Assembly: GCA_964019335.1 (NCBI GenBank)
Contig: OZ025708.1
Span: forward strand, 446,001 to 510,000
Direction: 5' to 3'
From: Diplonema japonicum
Lineage: Eukaryota; Protista; Euglenozoa: Diplonemea
Length of the DNA: 64,000 nucleotides
Below the pieces are notes generated by a model that was not told the origin of the DNA, did not search any database, and saw only the letters and a list, made by a program, of their open reading frames with translations. Both the position numbers and the translations under genes were made by a program. Positions 43,616 through 61,540 of this stretch are shown here, piece by piece (within the stretch, counting starts at the first letter, position 1; each line of letters begins with the position of its first letter).

Positions 43616-45029
43616 GAGCTATTGTGCCCTGGTTGAAAGAAACCTTGAATGAACATAACTGAACAATAAAAAAAAAAGAAAAAAAGAAACAAATAATGGG
43701 AAGAAAACAGAGGATTTGAGAAATAAGAATAAAATTTTTAATCAAAACAAAAATAATGCAGTCGTAAACTCCTGCAAACTTTCTTGTACTTGCCATCCCT
43801 TCCCGGGCTTCCGAAGTTTATTCTTGGCTGCCTCTTCTTTTTCTCTTCTGCTCCTCTGTTTCTTCCCTAGTTTTTTTCCTCTTTTTTTTTCCCTTCTCTT
43901 TTTTTTTTTTAATCTCCCCTCCTTCCCCGCACCCTTTTTCCGTCAGGCACTGACCTGCGTGACAAAGCGTTGGACCGAGATGAGGAAATGTGCTCCAAAA
44001 AGAGCTTCCAGGCAATAAGGCTGAAGTAGCCTTTCTGTGTGGCAAAGGAGTTCCTCCCAGCTTGGTCAATACGCAGATTACTTTTTTGGAGAAAAAAAGA
44101 ACCCTTTTCTTCTCTTTCTTTTCCCTCCCATTGTTATTCTTTTAACAACCACACATAGACCCTCTACGCTGTACGCTTCTCGTCAATCACGCGCAGCAAC
44201 CAAAGTCTTTTGCTTTGAGTGTTTTTATTTTATTTTTTTATTTGTCGCGCCCAATTAAGTTTGTGACAAGCGCGATTTTTTTCTCTTTCTTTCCCCTTTT
44301 TTTTAAAAATTGCACTTCTTTTATCTTCATCTTTATGCTTCGAGGGGGTTCCCCCCTTTTGTGAACACTTTGAACCAAAGTACTATTAATCTTTTTTTTT
44401 TTTCGAAGGCTTGCGTGACACGTACCTGTCGCAGACCCCGACAAGGCTGCCCCGCAGTTTTACCACCGCAGTAGGAACCCGCCAGAGCCCCCAGAACGGG
44501 GACAACGGGGACTAAGAACAGCGCGGCCGGTGAGCGCAAAAACGCATACCTTAAAAGAATAGTTTTTTCTTGTCTTCCTCCCTTCAACTCTTTCATCTTT
44601 TTTTTGAATTTTTTTTTCTTCTCTTCTTTTTAAAAGAAAATCGGAAAGTAAATTAAAAGAGAAAGTCCAAGCCCTTTCCCCTAAAGAAATGTTAAACAAA
44701 AAGGGAAAACAAAGCAACCAAGAGGGAAAACACAAGATGGGGTCAATAGCACGATAAGAGTGTTCCAGGCTCTTGTCATTCTTGGTACCCATCTCCTCCT
44801 TCAGGTGTGTTTGCTGTGAACTGTTTTTGAATTAACCTCTTTATGAAAGGGTTCTCTTTATGCACTCCCCCACCCCATCTCTCTCCCCCCTTCTTTCCCC
44901 TTTCGAACGTTTCATCCGTGCCTTTTGGCTTCTCGTTCTTCTTTTTCTCTTTCATTTTTTTGTGTGCTCTTTTTCTCTTTGCTACTCACCACCCCTCACA
45001 GGTTACCGTACACAACAACAACAATAACG

Positions 45030-45203
45030 ATGCTGCTGCTGCGCCCCTTTGTGTGCGTGACAACGCTGTTGGCGTGTGCTCACGGGCACGGCTAGGAACT
45101 GCGCCTGCAAGGAAGGGGCGAGCCGCAGAGCGTGGAGGGGGCAGACAGGTACCCTGACAGCGGGCCTTCGGACGGGACGCTCGCGGCGGCGGGGCAGGAC
45201 AAC
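45030..45203 (+). pseudogene. Truncated, internally deleted copy of the AA10 LPMO gene at 49580
   Basis: Near-identical to 49580-49804 (MLLLRPFVCVTTLLACAHGHG*). Lacks 20-nt and 28-nt segments; homology ends at GGACAAC. Has its own polypyrimidine tract and CAG at 45000-45001. Confidence 0.92.
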
Positions 45204-46329
45204 CGGCCAATGCTCCAGAAGGAGAGTATTAACAGATAGGCCCTATAGCGCTACGTTGTCGGCGTACGCAGCAAAATCTGAAAAAGTGCGTACGGCTCCA
45301 CCCCAAAAAAATGATTTACAGAGCTTCCACTTTTTCTTTTTTTTGCCTTGGAACCTTTATGTGTTCTAATCTCACTCCCCCTCCCCTCCCTTCCTGCTAT
45401 TTTCGCTGCCTAGTTGACTCAGGACTATTTCCTCGGATGAACGATGACAACAACAATAAGATCTTGTGCACCATGTGTCTTGAACCAGACTGTGTTGTCT
45501 GTGGGTTTCTTGAATCTCAGGTTTGCACTTTTCTAACTCATAGTGGAATTCCAGTTGGTTCTTGTTCTCAAGTTGCAGATCAGTGGTGTCTTCCATAGCT
45601 CTGGGCAAATAAAAGCCCACTTTTGGCTTAGGCCTTGTTCCCAGTTTCAATTTTTCTATTTAGTCAGCTTACCAAGCTCCCCAAAAGACTTCAAAATACC
45701 GAAGCAGCAGAAAGTGAGGAGCGAGTGGCCGCGCCAGGTATGAGAAGGCCTGATTAGAGATGGCGACAGTGGCAATTCCAGCGACAGCGGCAGCACTAGT
45801 CAACAAAGTGGGGAAAACAACTTGTATTCGCGGTGGAAAGGTACAACGAAGGGAGGAGGGTCCGCCGAGAGAAGCACGAAACTGGACAACCCTAGCTGGA
45901 AGGAACTGGCAGCCCGCAACGAGACCGAAGCAAACCTGGGAAGGAACAACCCATAACGGAAGGAGCGAGGCAACCCCGCACCCGAGACCGACCCCCGACA
46001 CCTCGGACTACAACACGCAGCAGAAGGAACCAAGCAACCCCATACCCTCTGGCGCCTGTACCCGCAAAGGCCCAAGGAGACTCCACAGATGCCACTCTGA
46101 ACTGTCCTCATAAACTTCACGATTTTGTCACAAGCTTGTAGGTGCTGGATGGCGAAGAGGAAAAAAAGGACAACGAGGAAGCAAACGACGAACCTAACAC
46201 TGAACCCAACACTGAATCCAACGCTGACCTCACAGATGACTCTTTCGGCAACAAAAAAACCATCGAAGCTGAGGAATTTGTCATAAGAAGAATTCTTTAT
46301 TACACAGGTGCCGCGACCGAAGGCATCAT

Positions 46330-47220
46330 TGTTTGACGAAGAGAACGTCTGATAGAGACGAATCGGGTGTAAAAGTGTTTTGTCTCAGTAAAGAGGGGGC
46401 GACAAAAATGGATGCTTTTAAACTTGCAGTTGAGAAGCTAGGGGTAAAAAAAAAATGGTATTCGGACCGAGAAAGGGTAAATGGGAATATTTTGGCGATC
46501 AGGACACTCGCCACAGAGGCTTTTGAGAAGCCCAGTGGCACGCAACGACTGTGCTGCACTAGTTTGTGACGTAGTGTGTAAAGGGGAACTTTTAGTGGAC
46601 TTCTGCTATCATTTTCTGGTTGGTAGCCAACAAGACACCACGGCGCCAATTGGTCAGAGGCATGAGGCTTGACCACATCACACATGACGAAATAAGGACA
46701 GCTGGTCTTACTGTTGGAAAAGATTTGTTCCACAGTAGCATGGGCACAGAAAGAAATAAAGAAAAAAAATGGAGTGGATACTCTGGACTGACGGTGGGCG
46801 TCACTTTCGTGCAAAGGGATTTTGCTACTTCTTGTTCTTTTTGGTCTTCGTTATGTCTATCCTGATCGGACGTTTTCCCTGTGGCTTCTGGGCAAAAACA
46901 GCAGGGACAGCCACTTTGGTGTGCTCTCTCGTGTTTGGCTTTGGGTGCCTCGTTCCACAACAATTAAAACTGTGGAACAAATAGCTAGCATCACCAATAC
47001 GATACGGTGCACCGTGCACGTAGTTACTGATGTCTTTAGCCCATACAAAAAGAAAATTCTTGAGTTTCCGGATTTTACAGGTGCATATGAGCTCAGGAGT
47101 AACTCGATGCAGACAGGGCAGAGAAAAGGCCCAGTCTGTGAATCTCGTGATGAGTATGAGGACGTTCCTGGTAGCCTTCCCGGGCTTGAAAAACGAGAAA
47201 GAATAGTAACCAAGCCTGCC
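46330..47220 (+). mobile_element. Degraded DDD-type (Sola-like) DNA transposase relic
   Basis: Fragments in different frames: LLVDFCYHF (~46590), WTDGGRHFR (46784-46810) and GKNSRDSHFGVLSR (46891-46932). These resemble the DF / WxDxxxHF / HGKxxxDxHF motifs of such transposases. Many frameshifts and stops; ends not defined. Confidence 0.4.
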
Positions 47221-47342
47221 AGTTTTTTTTTCTCCCATTTCCCTTTTTTACCTGTCTCCTTCTTCCTTCCTTTCCCCCCAATCACCCCAAAAAAAAACAT
47301 TTTGAACACGCCGACAGCTTGAAAAGAAAAAAGAGGAAAAAA

Positions 47343-48989
47343 ATGCTGGCCCGAATCCTGTTGTTGTGGTTGTTCGCTGTTGTGGTTGTTGGTGCGACCG
47401 TCGAGGAGCTAGCACGGATCGGCGGGGCGGGCCCGCTGGCGGGGGAGACCTCTGCGGACCTGGCGAGGTCGGGGGACCACACGTTCAGCGTGATGACGGA
47501 CGATTCGGTGAGGATCACGAATGTTGCAGACAAGGCAAACCCTGTGGAGGTAGGGATGCTAAAGCACAGCAGCGGGAGGGCAGCCTCTGTGCTGACGGAC
47601 GGGAACCTGCTGTACGTGTCGTACCTGCACGCACTGATCGTCTACGATCTGTACCCGGACCCCGCTGCCCCAAGGATGCTGCACACCTTCCTTCCCCCTC
47701 CCGACGCCGACCTGAACTTCTGGCGTGGGATGACCCAGTCTGCCAACCACATCTACGTGTCGTACTTCCACAGCCCCACCACCACCGAGTCCCTGTACGT
47801 GCTTGCGAAGGGGACCCTCATGCAGGTGGGGGTTTCGGTGTTGTCGACGACAGGCTCCTTCGTGCTGGACATGACCTACGCGGACAGGAAGGTGTACGCG
47901 ACCACAGAGCAGCTCACCCCCCAGGGCAGCGTCTCTGTGCTGGACGTGTCGGACCCCACGAACCCCCACGAGGAGTCGTCCTTCGCAACGCCGGACATCG
48001 ACTTCAACAGGGTTGTGTTCCACGAGGGCTTCCTGTACATCAGCAGGGTCGACACCAGCACGGACATGCCGCTGAAAATCAACCCGACGACAGGGGCCCC
48101 CGTGGCGATGACGATGCCTGCCTTCGTGCACGATTGCGGGGATATCCGCTTCTACAACTCGAGGGTGTACCTTGCCTGCTCCAACAACGGCCTCGTTGTG
48201 TTGGAGGAGACGGCGCCCAACACCTTCACCCTCCTTGCAAGGGACGAGGCGAGGTCCCCCTTCACCCTCCTGCCCAGCGGCGGCTACCTTTTCGTGAGCG
48301 ACGCGACGGACAGGCTTGCGATCTACGACATTCCGGATGCGGCTGTGGAGCTCGTTGGGGGCATCGTACCTTTTGCGATGCAGGTTGTGGAGGGAGACTC
48401 CTCTTCTGCTGTGGAGGACAAGGTGAGCGGGCAATGCTGGGAGAGGATCCCCGAGTGGCTTGCAGGGTCGACAGCGTACATGGGGGTTCACGGGGGCAAA
48501 GGGATGTCCCTGAGACTGTCGTGCCCTGCGACTGAGAAGAACTACTACCCCTGCACCTTCTATGTGACACTGCACAACTGCCTCCCGTGCAGCTCCTCTA
48601 CCAACGGAGGCCTCCCGAAGGAGTTGCTGGAGGCTGGCTTCGAGGCTGCGGGCTGCGGGCCGAGGTACATCCCAATCTTCCCCGGTGCCCCCGATGATGT
48701 CCGCAACCACCCTGCCGCAATCTTCAAGCTGCAGGTGGAGAGAGGTACGGAAGCCATTGAGCTGCCCGTGTCCAGGGAACTCCTCCACGTCGCGGTGTTC
48801 GTGCACTCCTCTGGACAGCAGTGCTCCTTGAAGAACGCCGAGGCGTGCGCCGCAGCCTCCCGGGTGTGCGAGTACGACAGGAAGAAGAAGAAGTGCATGG
48901 ACAAGCCGATGTGCCCCACGAGGACAGGACCTCAACCCACAGGGCCACAGGGGCGCAGGTGCATGTGCTTCGCCCTCCCGCTGTTCTGA
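47343..48989 (+). CDS. Secreted LVIVD-repeat beta-propeller protein with a Cys-containing C-terminal domain (548 aa)
   Basis: ATG 47343 after CAG acceptor 47316-47317; signal peptide MLARILLLWLFAVVVVGA; LVIVD-like blades (VRITNVADKANP, VSVLDVSDPTNP, VYLACSNNGLVVLE, YLFVSD...LAIYDI); C-terminal CLPCSSSTNGGLP domain and Cys tail. Confidence 0.85.
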   Translation: MLARILLLWLFAVVVVGATVEELARIGGAGPLAGETSADLARSGDHTFSVMTDDSVRITNVADKANPVEVGMLKHSSGRAASVLTDGNLLYVSYLHALIVYDLYPDPAAPRMLHTFLPPPDADLNFWRGMTQSANHIYVSYFHSPTTTESLYVLAKGTLMQVGVSVLSTTGSFVLDMTYADRKVYATTEQLTPQGSVSVLDVSDPTNPHEESSFATPDIDFNRVVFHEGFLYISRVDTSTDMPLKINPTTGAPVAMTMPAFVHDCGDIRFYNSRVYLACSNNGLVVLEETAPNTFTLLARDEARSPFTLLPSGGYLFVSDATDRLAIYDIPDAAVELVGGIVPFAMQVVEGDSSSAVEDKVSGQCWERIPEWLAGSTAYMGVHGGKGMSLRLSCPATEKNYYPCTFYVTLHNCLPCSSSTNGGLPKELLEAGFEAAGCGPRYIPIFPGAPDDVRNHPAAIFKLQVERGTEAIELPVSRELLHVAVFVHSSGQQCSLKNAEACAAASRVCEYDRKKKKCMDKPMCPTRTGPQPTGPQGRRCMCFALPLF

Positions 48990-49579
48990 ATTGGCGTGTT
49001 TGTCTCTCTTTTTTCTTTTTTTAAGAATAACAATAACAATAATAATTATAAAAAAGATTTTGACTATATCTTTTTTTCATTTACACACTACTTCCCTTTC
49101 TTTTCTTCTTCTTCTTTTTGCCCCTTTCCTTCTTGTCGTTCAGCACAAAGAAGGAAGTCGTTAAAAAAGAATACAGAGCACGGTTAATGCCTTGGGCATC
49201 CCCGGCCTTCGCTGGTGGAGCTGGCGATGCAATGCAACGGCGGTTGCTGCTTTTTTTTCCCCCTCTTTTTTTTCTAGTCTAGAACCCTTTCTTTTTCTTC
49301 CCTCCACTCCCGTCACTGAGGCCCCCGCCTGCTGGGACGGGCTGCTCATACCGTATCTAATATATACTGCTGACACTTCAGTGTACTTTCCTCTCCGCTA
49401 AATCTTTTGCTGCCCTTCAGGGTAAGTGCAGAAGAGCATCTTTCAATTTTTTTTTCTTCTCTTTTTTCTCTCTTTTTTTTTTTCAATTTTCATGCGTTTG
49501 CCTACAACTCGCCTCCCCTTATCCACGCACACTCAAAAAAACAGGTTAACCTACACACACACACCCCATCCTACCAGTA

Positions 49580-50404
49580 ATGATGATGCTGCTGCGCCCC
49601 CTTGTGTGCGTGACAACGCTGTTTGCGTGTGCTCACGGGCACGGCTACGTGAAGGCTCCGGCGTCGAGGAACTACGCCTGCAAGGAAGGGGCGAACCAGA
49701 ACTGCGGCGGGGTGCAGTACGAGCCGCAGAGCGTGGAGGGGGCGGACAGGTACCCTGACAGCGGGCCTTCGGACGGAACGCTCGCGGCGGCGGGGCAGGA
49801 CAACTGGGCGGCCCTGAACGAGCAGTCGGCGACGAGGTGGGCGAAGACCTCGATCAGCTCCGGCCCTGTGGACTTCACGTGGCAGTTCACGGCGAACCAC
49901 ATCACGCGGGACTGGAGGTACTACATCACGAAGGAGGGGTGGAACGGGGTGACCCCTCTGGGGAGGGAGACCTTGGAGAGCAGCCCCTTCTGCACGGTGG
50001 ACGGGGCGATGGTGCAGCCGCCGATGGTGGTGACGCACTCGTGCACGGTCCCGACGAGGAGTGGCTACCACGTGGTCCTCGCCATCTGGGACGTCGGCGA
50101 CACGGCGGCCAGCTTCTACAACGCCATCGACCTCGACTTCAACGGGGGCAACACGACCCCTGTCCCGACACCCCTCCCCACCACGGCCCCGACGGGGGAC
50201 GCCGCAAGCCCTGTCCCGACACCGGTCCCCACAGCGGCCCCTCCCGCAGGGCCCTGCAACGGCCCCGTCATCGCGGAGTGGGGAGGCTGCATCGATTCCC
50301 CTTCCTGCTGCGAGGCTCCCGCCCGCTGCTACCAACAGAACCAGTGGTACGCCCAGTGCAGGGCGAGGTGCGATGTTCCTGAGTGGTGCAAGCTTATTGG
50401 ATAA
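49580..50404 (+). CDS. Secreted AA10 lytic polysaccharide monooxygenase (GbpA/CBP21-like) + Pro/Thr linker + CBM1-like module
   Basis: Signal peptide ending CAHG, then mature His1 (HGYV, codon 49640); YEPQSVEG, LNEQSATRW, WQFTANH (second His), WRYYITK, GYHVVLAIWDVGDTAASFYN; PT linker; WGGC...CC...CYQQNQWYAQC. Confidence 0.95.
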   Translation: MMMLLRPLVCVTTLFACAHGHGYVKAPASRNYACKEGANQNCGGVQYEPQSVEGADRYPDSGPSDGTLAAAGQDNWAALNEQSATRWAKTSISSGPVDFTWQFTANHITRDWRYYITKEGWNGVTPLGRETLESSPFCTVDGAMVQPPMVVTHSCTVPTRSGYHVVLAIWDVGDTAASFYNAIDLDFNGGNTTPVPTPLPTTAPTGDAASPVPTPVPTAAPPAGPCNGPVIAEWGGCIDSPSCCEAPARCYQQNQWYAQCRARCDVPEWCKLIG

Positions 50405-51163
50405 AAAAGCTGTCCGAAGAAAAAAAAAAAAAAAAAAAACGAAACGACTAACTAACGAGAAAAGCACACCTATTTTTTTTTTCTTTTAAATTCATCTTCC
50501 AAAAAAAAAAGAAAATCTTTATAAGGAGGCGACGCGGGCGGAGGGGTGAAGAAGGATGATGTTGGTTTATGAAAAAAGGGGTATTTTTTTTTACCGTGAC
50601 TCCGGGTCACGCCCCCATTCTCTCTTGAACCTCTGTTCTTTCTTTCTTCTTTCCCCCGACACCATTTTTCCTCCCTCGATGCTTTTGGAAGGGCCCTATG
50701 GAATCATTTCCCGGGGTATCTTTTGTTTTGTGTGTGTTGCCTTCTCCTCGTTCCCTCTCTCTTCTTTATTTATTTATTTATTATTTTTTTTGTGTGTGTT
50801 CCCACCCTCTCCTTTTTGTGGCAATCGTTTATTTGCTAAACCCTCTTGCACAAGTTTCCTTTCTGTTTGTTTGTTTGTTTCACAAGCACTAGAAAAAAAA
50901 AGAGGGAGAAAAAAAAAAAAAAAAAAAAGCTTGGTATCTTGTTTCTTCGCCTTTCTTTTTTCTCCCTCTTTTTTTCTCTTTTTTTTTCCCCTGCTTCTCG
51001 TCTTCTTAAACGACGCTTCGAATTTTTTATATTTTCTTTCACGGTGGAAACTCTCTGTGCTTCTCTTTTTTTTTTATCTCACTCCAGGTTTATAACCCAA
51101 CAAAAAAAAAAAAAAAAAAAAAAAACCTCATACCGTGTGAGAAAGAAAGAAAAGAAGAAGAAG

Positions 51164-58387
<7,224 letters not shown>

Positions 58388-60511
58388 AGGAGGAGATAAA
58401 CGAAAAAAATGAACAATAGAAAACAAGATGAAAAATGGATATATATGTTGAAAAGAAAATAAGAAAACAAAAGGGACCAAATTTGAAACGAGAAGTTTTT
58501 TATTTTTATTTTATTTTATCTTTTTTTTTTTTTAAATACAAAAGGGGGGGTAAAAGAAAGGAAAAAGCAAAAACGGAAAAAAAAAAAAGAAGAAAAAAAA
58601 GAACCGTAAGAATGAAAAAGGATGAAGAATTCGTTTCGTTCTTTTTTTTTCCCCTTCTTTTTTCTTTTTTGTGCCGTCTCCTCTGTCGTTCCCCCATTCG
58701 TTCCCTATTCCTCTCAATTTTTTTTATTACCCTTATTATTTTTTGCTTTTGAGGAGAGGTGGCTTTTAAAAAATCTTTTTTTGTTATTATAAAAACCGGG
58801 GGTTTTTTTAATATCTATATTATTTTATGCTTCTCTCCTCACGCAAAAAAAAACAAAACAATAAGGCTTCCTTTCGGTTGATACATACGACGCAGAAACA
58901 GGCCCTTGTGATTCTCTCTCTCTATCTCTTCTTCTTCCAAAACCTTACTAGGAAAAGAAAAGAGAAAAAGGGAAAGGCTACGACTTGGGTTTCGTTTTTA
59001 TTTTTGCATTTTTTGTTGTTTACTTCTTCCTGATCTTTTCATTCCCCATGCGCTTCTACTGAAGCAGTTGGGTGCATAAGGGTCAAGGGGGTTAACGACA
59101 TCACCGAAGGAAAAAATACACAAGCTTTCAACCTGGCGCTCTTATTGAGACAACCCCCCATTTTTTCTTTTTTCTATTTGGTTCCCTTCCCTCTCTTCTC
59201 TTTTGTTTCCCTTATAGACTTGGAACGCCTTATGTTCTGTCTCGCCTTTCCCCCTTCCCCCTCACTGCTTGTTAAGAAATTGCAAGAAAAAACGAAAAAA
59301 GAAGAAGAACGGAAGAGAAAAAAGATATTAAAAAAGGGAAAGACGAAACCTCGGTCGATTCTTTCAATTAGTCCCGGGGCTTCCTCCAACCCTTTTTTTT
59401 TTTTGACACTTTCTCTTTTCATCATAAAAAGTTTGTTTTGGCAGCGATTTTTTTATTTCTCCCTCTCTCTTTTTATTTATTCATCTTTATATTGCGCGAA
59501 CAATTTCTATTTTCTTTTTTTAATGACAAGAGACAAGAGTGCAACATGCCACCATCCACAGGTGTTCCACAAACGATTATTTTATTCCTTCCCTTCTTAT
59601 CCCCCCCTTTTTTTTTGGGATTTTTCCCAGAATTTCCGCAATTTTCTTTTGTTACGAAACAGTCTTCGCTAGCAAAAAAAATTGCACGAAATGTACTTTT
59701 AATAATATGCACAACAAGACCATAATAATGTAAAAGATTAAGGTGAAAAAGTAAAAAAAAATAAAAAAAAAAGAGGAAGGGGGGAGGAATGAAAAATCGA
59801 TTTTCTTTTTCAACAACTAAAAAAGATAGATGAGAACAGAGGGACTCACAAAAGACTTCCTTAACTCATACATATATTTTATTTAATGCTCCAGAAGGGG
59901 AGTATAAATTAGCCCCCCCAACCCACCCAAGGGCGGCCCTCCATGAGGGGGTTTGTCCTGCACTTTGAGTTTTATTTTATTTTATGTGGGCTGTTGCTAA
60001 CCACTTCGTTCCTATCAAAGTGAAATTTATTTTATTTTATTTCCCTATTTTCTTTCTGGGCCGGACCAAGGTCTTCGGGGCTTCAAATTTTGTTTCCATT
60101 ATTATTTTATTTCAGTGAGCACCCCCCCCCCCCCCCCCCCCCCCCCCCATGCACAGAAACTTTATCGAATTTATTTTGCTTTCTATTCATACCAACCTGC
60201 ACTCTCTATCTAACTGTCCTGTCGATTTCCCCCTCCCCCCTCCCTGTTTGTTTCTCTTTTCTTCTTATCCCTCCCCCCCGTTTATGAACGATTTGAAAGG
60301 TAATTTTGTTTTCCCCGTGTTTAGCTGTTTTTTATTGTTGTCCCCTGTAGGGGGGTACAGTTTTTACACGAAGGACACCCATCTTCTCTTCGTCTTCCTC
60401 TTCCTCTCCTTCTCTACCTCTCTTTTTATTCTTTTTTTTTTTTTTTTTTTGCTAAAAAATAAAGTAATTCTCGTTCAGGCAAAACCAGCAAAAAAAATAA
60501 AAATAAATACA

Positions 60512-60601
60512 ATGTCCCCTCTCGTTCCCCGCGTTGCGGTGTTGCTAGGTGTGCTTGCCTGGGCGGAGGCGCGGAATAACTTCCGGAAGGGAGAGGACTG
60601 A
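60512..60601 (+). pseudogene. 5' stub of a secreted-protein gene (signal peptide only)
   Basis: Polypyrimidine tract, CAG (60477-60478), A-rich leader, then MSPLVPRVAVLLGVLAWAEA-RNNFRKGED*, running directly into the AlkB relic. Confidence 0.5.
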
Positions 60602-61050
60602 GGAGATGGTTCTTGCAAGGCCGCGAGTCGCTGAATTTTCCGCTGGAAGTGGCTGGGATTGCTGGGCTCGGATACACGCTCCAGTATGGGCACCGGTGGG
60701 AGGGGACGGACGCCGAGGTGCGCCCCACCACCGGCATCCCAGGGGAGGCAAAGGGGTGGGTGAGGTGGCCGCCGCCGCAGGGCTCAAGGTGGTCCCCAAC
60801 CGTGAATAGTACAGACCTGGTTGTGGGATTGCCGCCCACAAGGACGACGCAAGACTGGGACCGGTCGTCCTAGTCTTGTCGTACAGGGCTGAGACCACAA
60901 TGGTCATGAGGAAGGGGGACAGGGTAGCGAGGTACCTGGTGCCCCCCTTCTCATGGGCACTGTTGGAAGGCGAAGCGAGACACCAGTGGACACACCACAT
61001 CCCGTCAGGGGTGTCCACTGGTGTCAGGGTGTCGATCACCCTGCGTGCGG
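60600..61050 (+). pseudogene. Frameshifted AlkB-family 2OG-Fe(II) dioxygenase domain
   Basis: TLQYGHRW; TVN / YRPGCGIAAHKD (HxD 60837-60845); LLEGEARHQWTHHIP (distal His ~60993); RVSITLR (61026-61046). Frameshifts and an in-frame TAG at 60807. Confidence 0.85.
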
Positions 61051-61131
61051 TTGGCCCCGAGCTCACCCACATACCCCCCCAGGAAGACCCACCCCCTGGG
61101 CTAACAAACGAACCCCCCCTTTTTTTTTAGA

Positions 61132-61540
61132 ACCCTCCACGGAGGTAAAAAACAGACCCTCTTCGGAGGAAAATGGAGAGAGAGGGGAAGAGGCAGCGCT
61201 CCCAAAAGAGGGTAGTGTTCCTCCCCCCCATTTGTCCCCCCCTTTTTCATTTTTAGAGCCCTCTTTGGAGGAACCCTCCACGGAAAACAGACCCTCTTCG
61301 GAGGAAAATAGAGAGAGAGGGGAAGAGGTGGCACCCCCGAGAGAGGGTAGTGTTCCTCCCCCCCATTTGTCCCCCCCTTTTTCATTTTTAGAGCCCTCCC
61401 CAGAGGGACCCTCCACGGAGGTGAAAAACAGACCCTCTTCGGAGGAAAAAAAGGCAGAGGGAGAGACAGCACGCCCGAGAGAAGGTAGTGCTCCTCCCTC
61501 TCTGCCCCCCCATTTTTTCTGGACCCTCTACGGAGGTGTA
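61132..61540 (+). repeat. Degenerate tandem repeat, units of 141/135/115 bp plus a partial fourth
   Basis: ACCCTC(C/T)ACGGA starts at 61132, 61273, 61408 and 61523; AACAGACCCTCTTCGGAGGAAAA occurs three times. Confidence 0.9.

Noticed and set aside
45720-46330. Purine-rich ORF-like stretch (45760-46113, 46142-46336)
   Set aside because: Possibly element-derived, but no assignable motif.
49580-50404. Bacterial contamination or chimeric assembly as the source of the LPMO
   Set aside because: Host-type acceptor, homopolymer flanks, matching codon usage and a local pseudogene duplicate show genomic integration.
50846-51163. N-terminal extension of the 2513-aa ORF (likewise 47319-47342)
   Set aside because: Non-ATG start running through homopolymer and polypyrimidine tracts; signal peptides begin at ATG 51164 and 47343.
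61132-61540. CRISPR-like array
   Set aside because: Whole units are homologous with no unique spacers; eukaryotic context with no cas genes.
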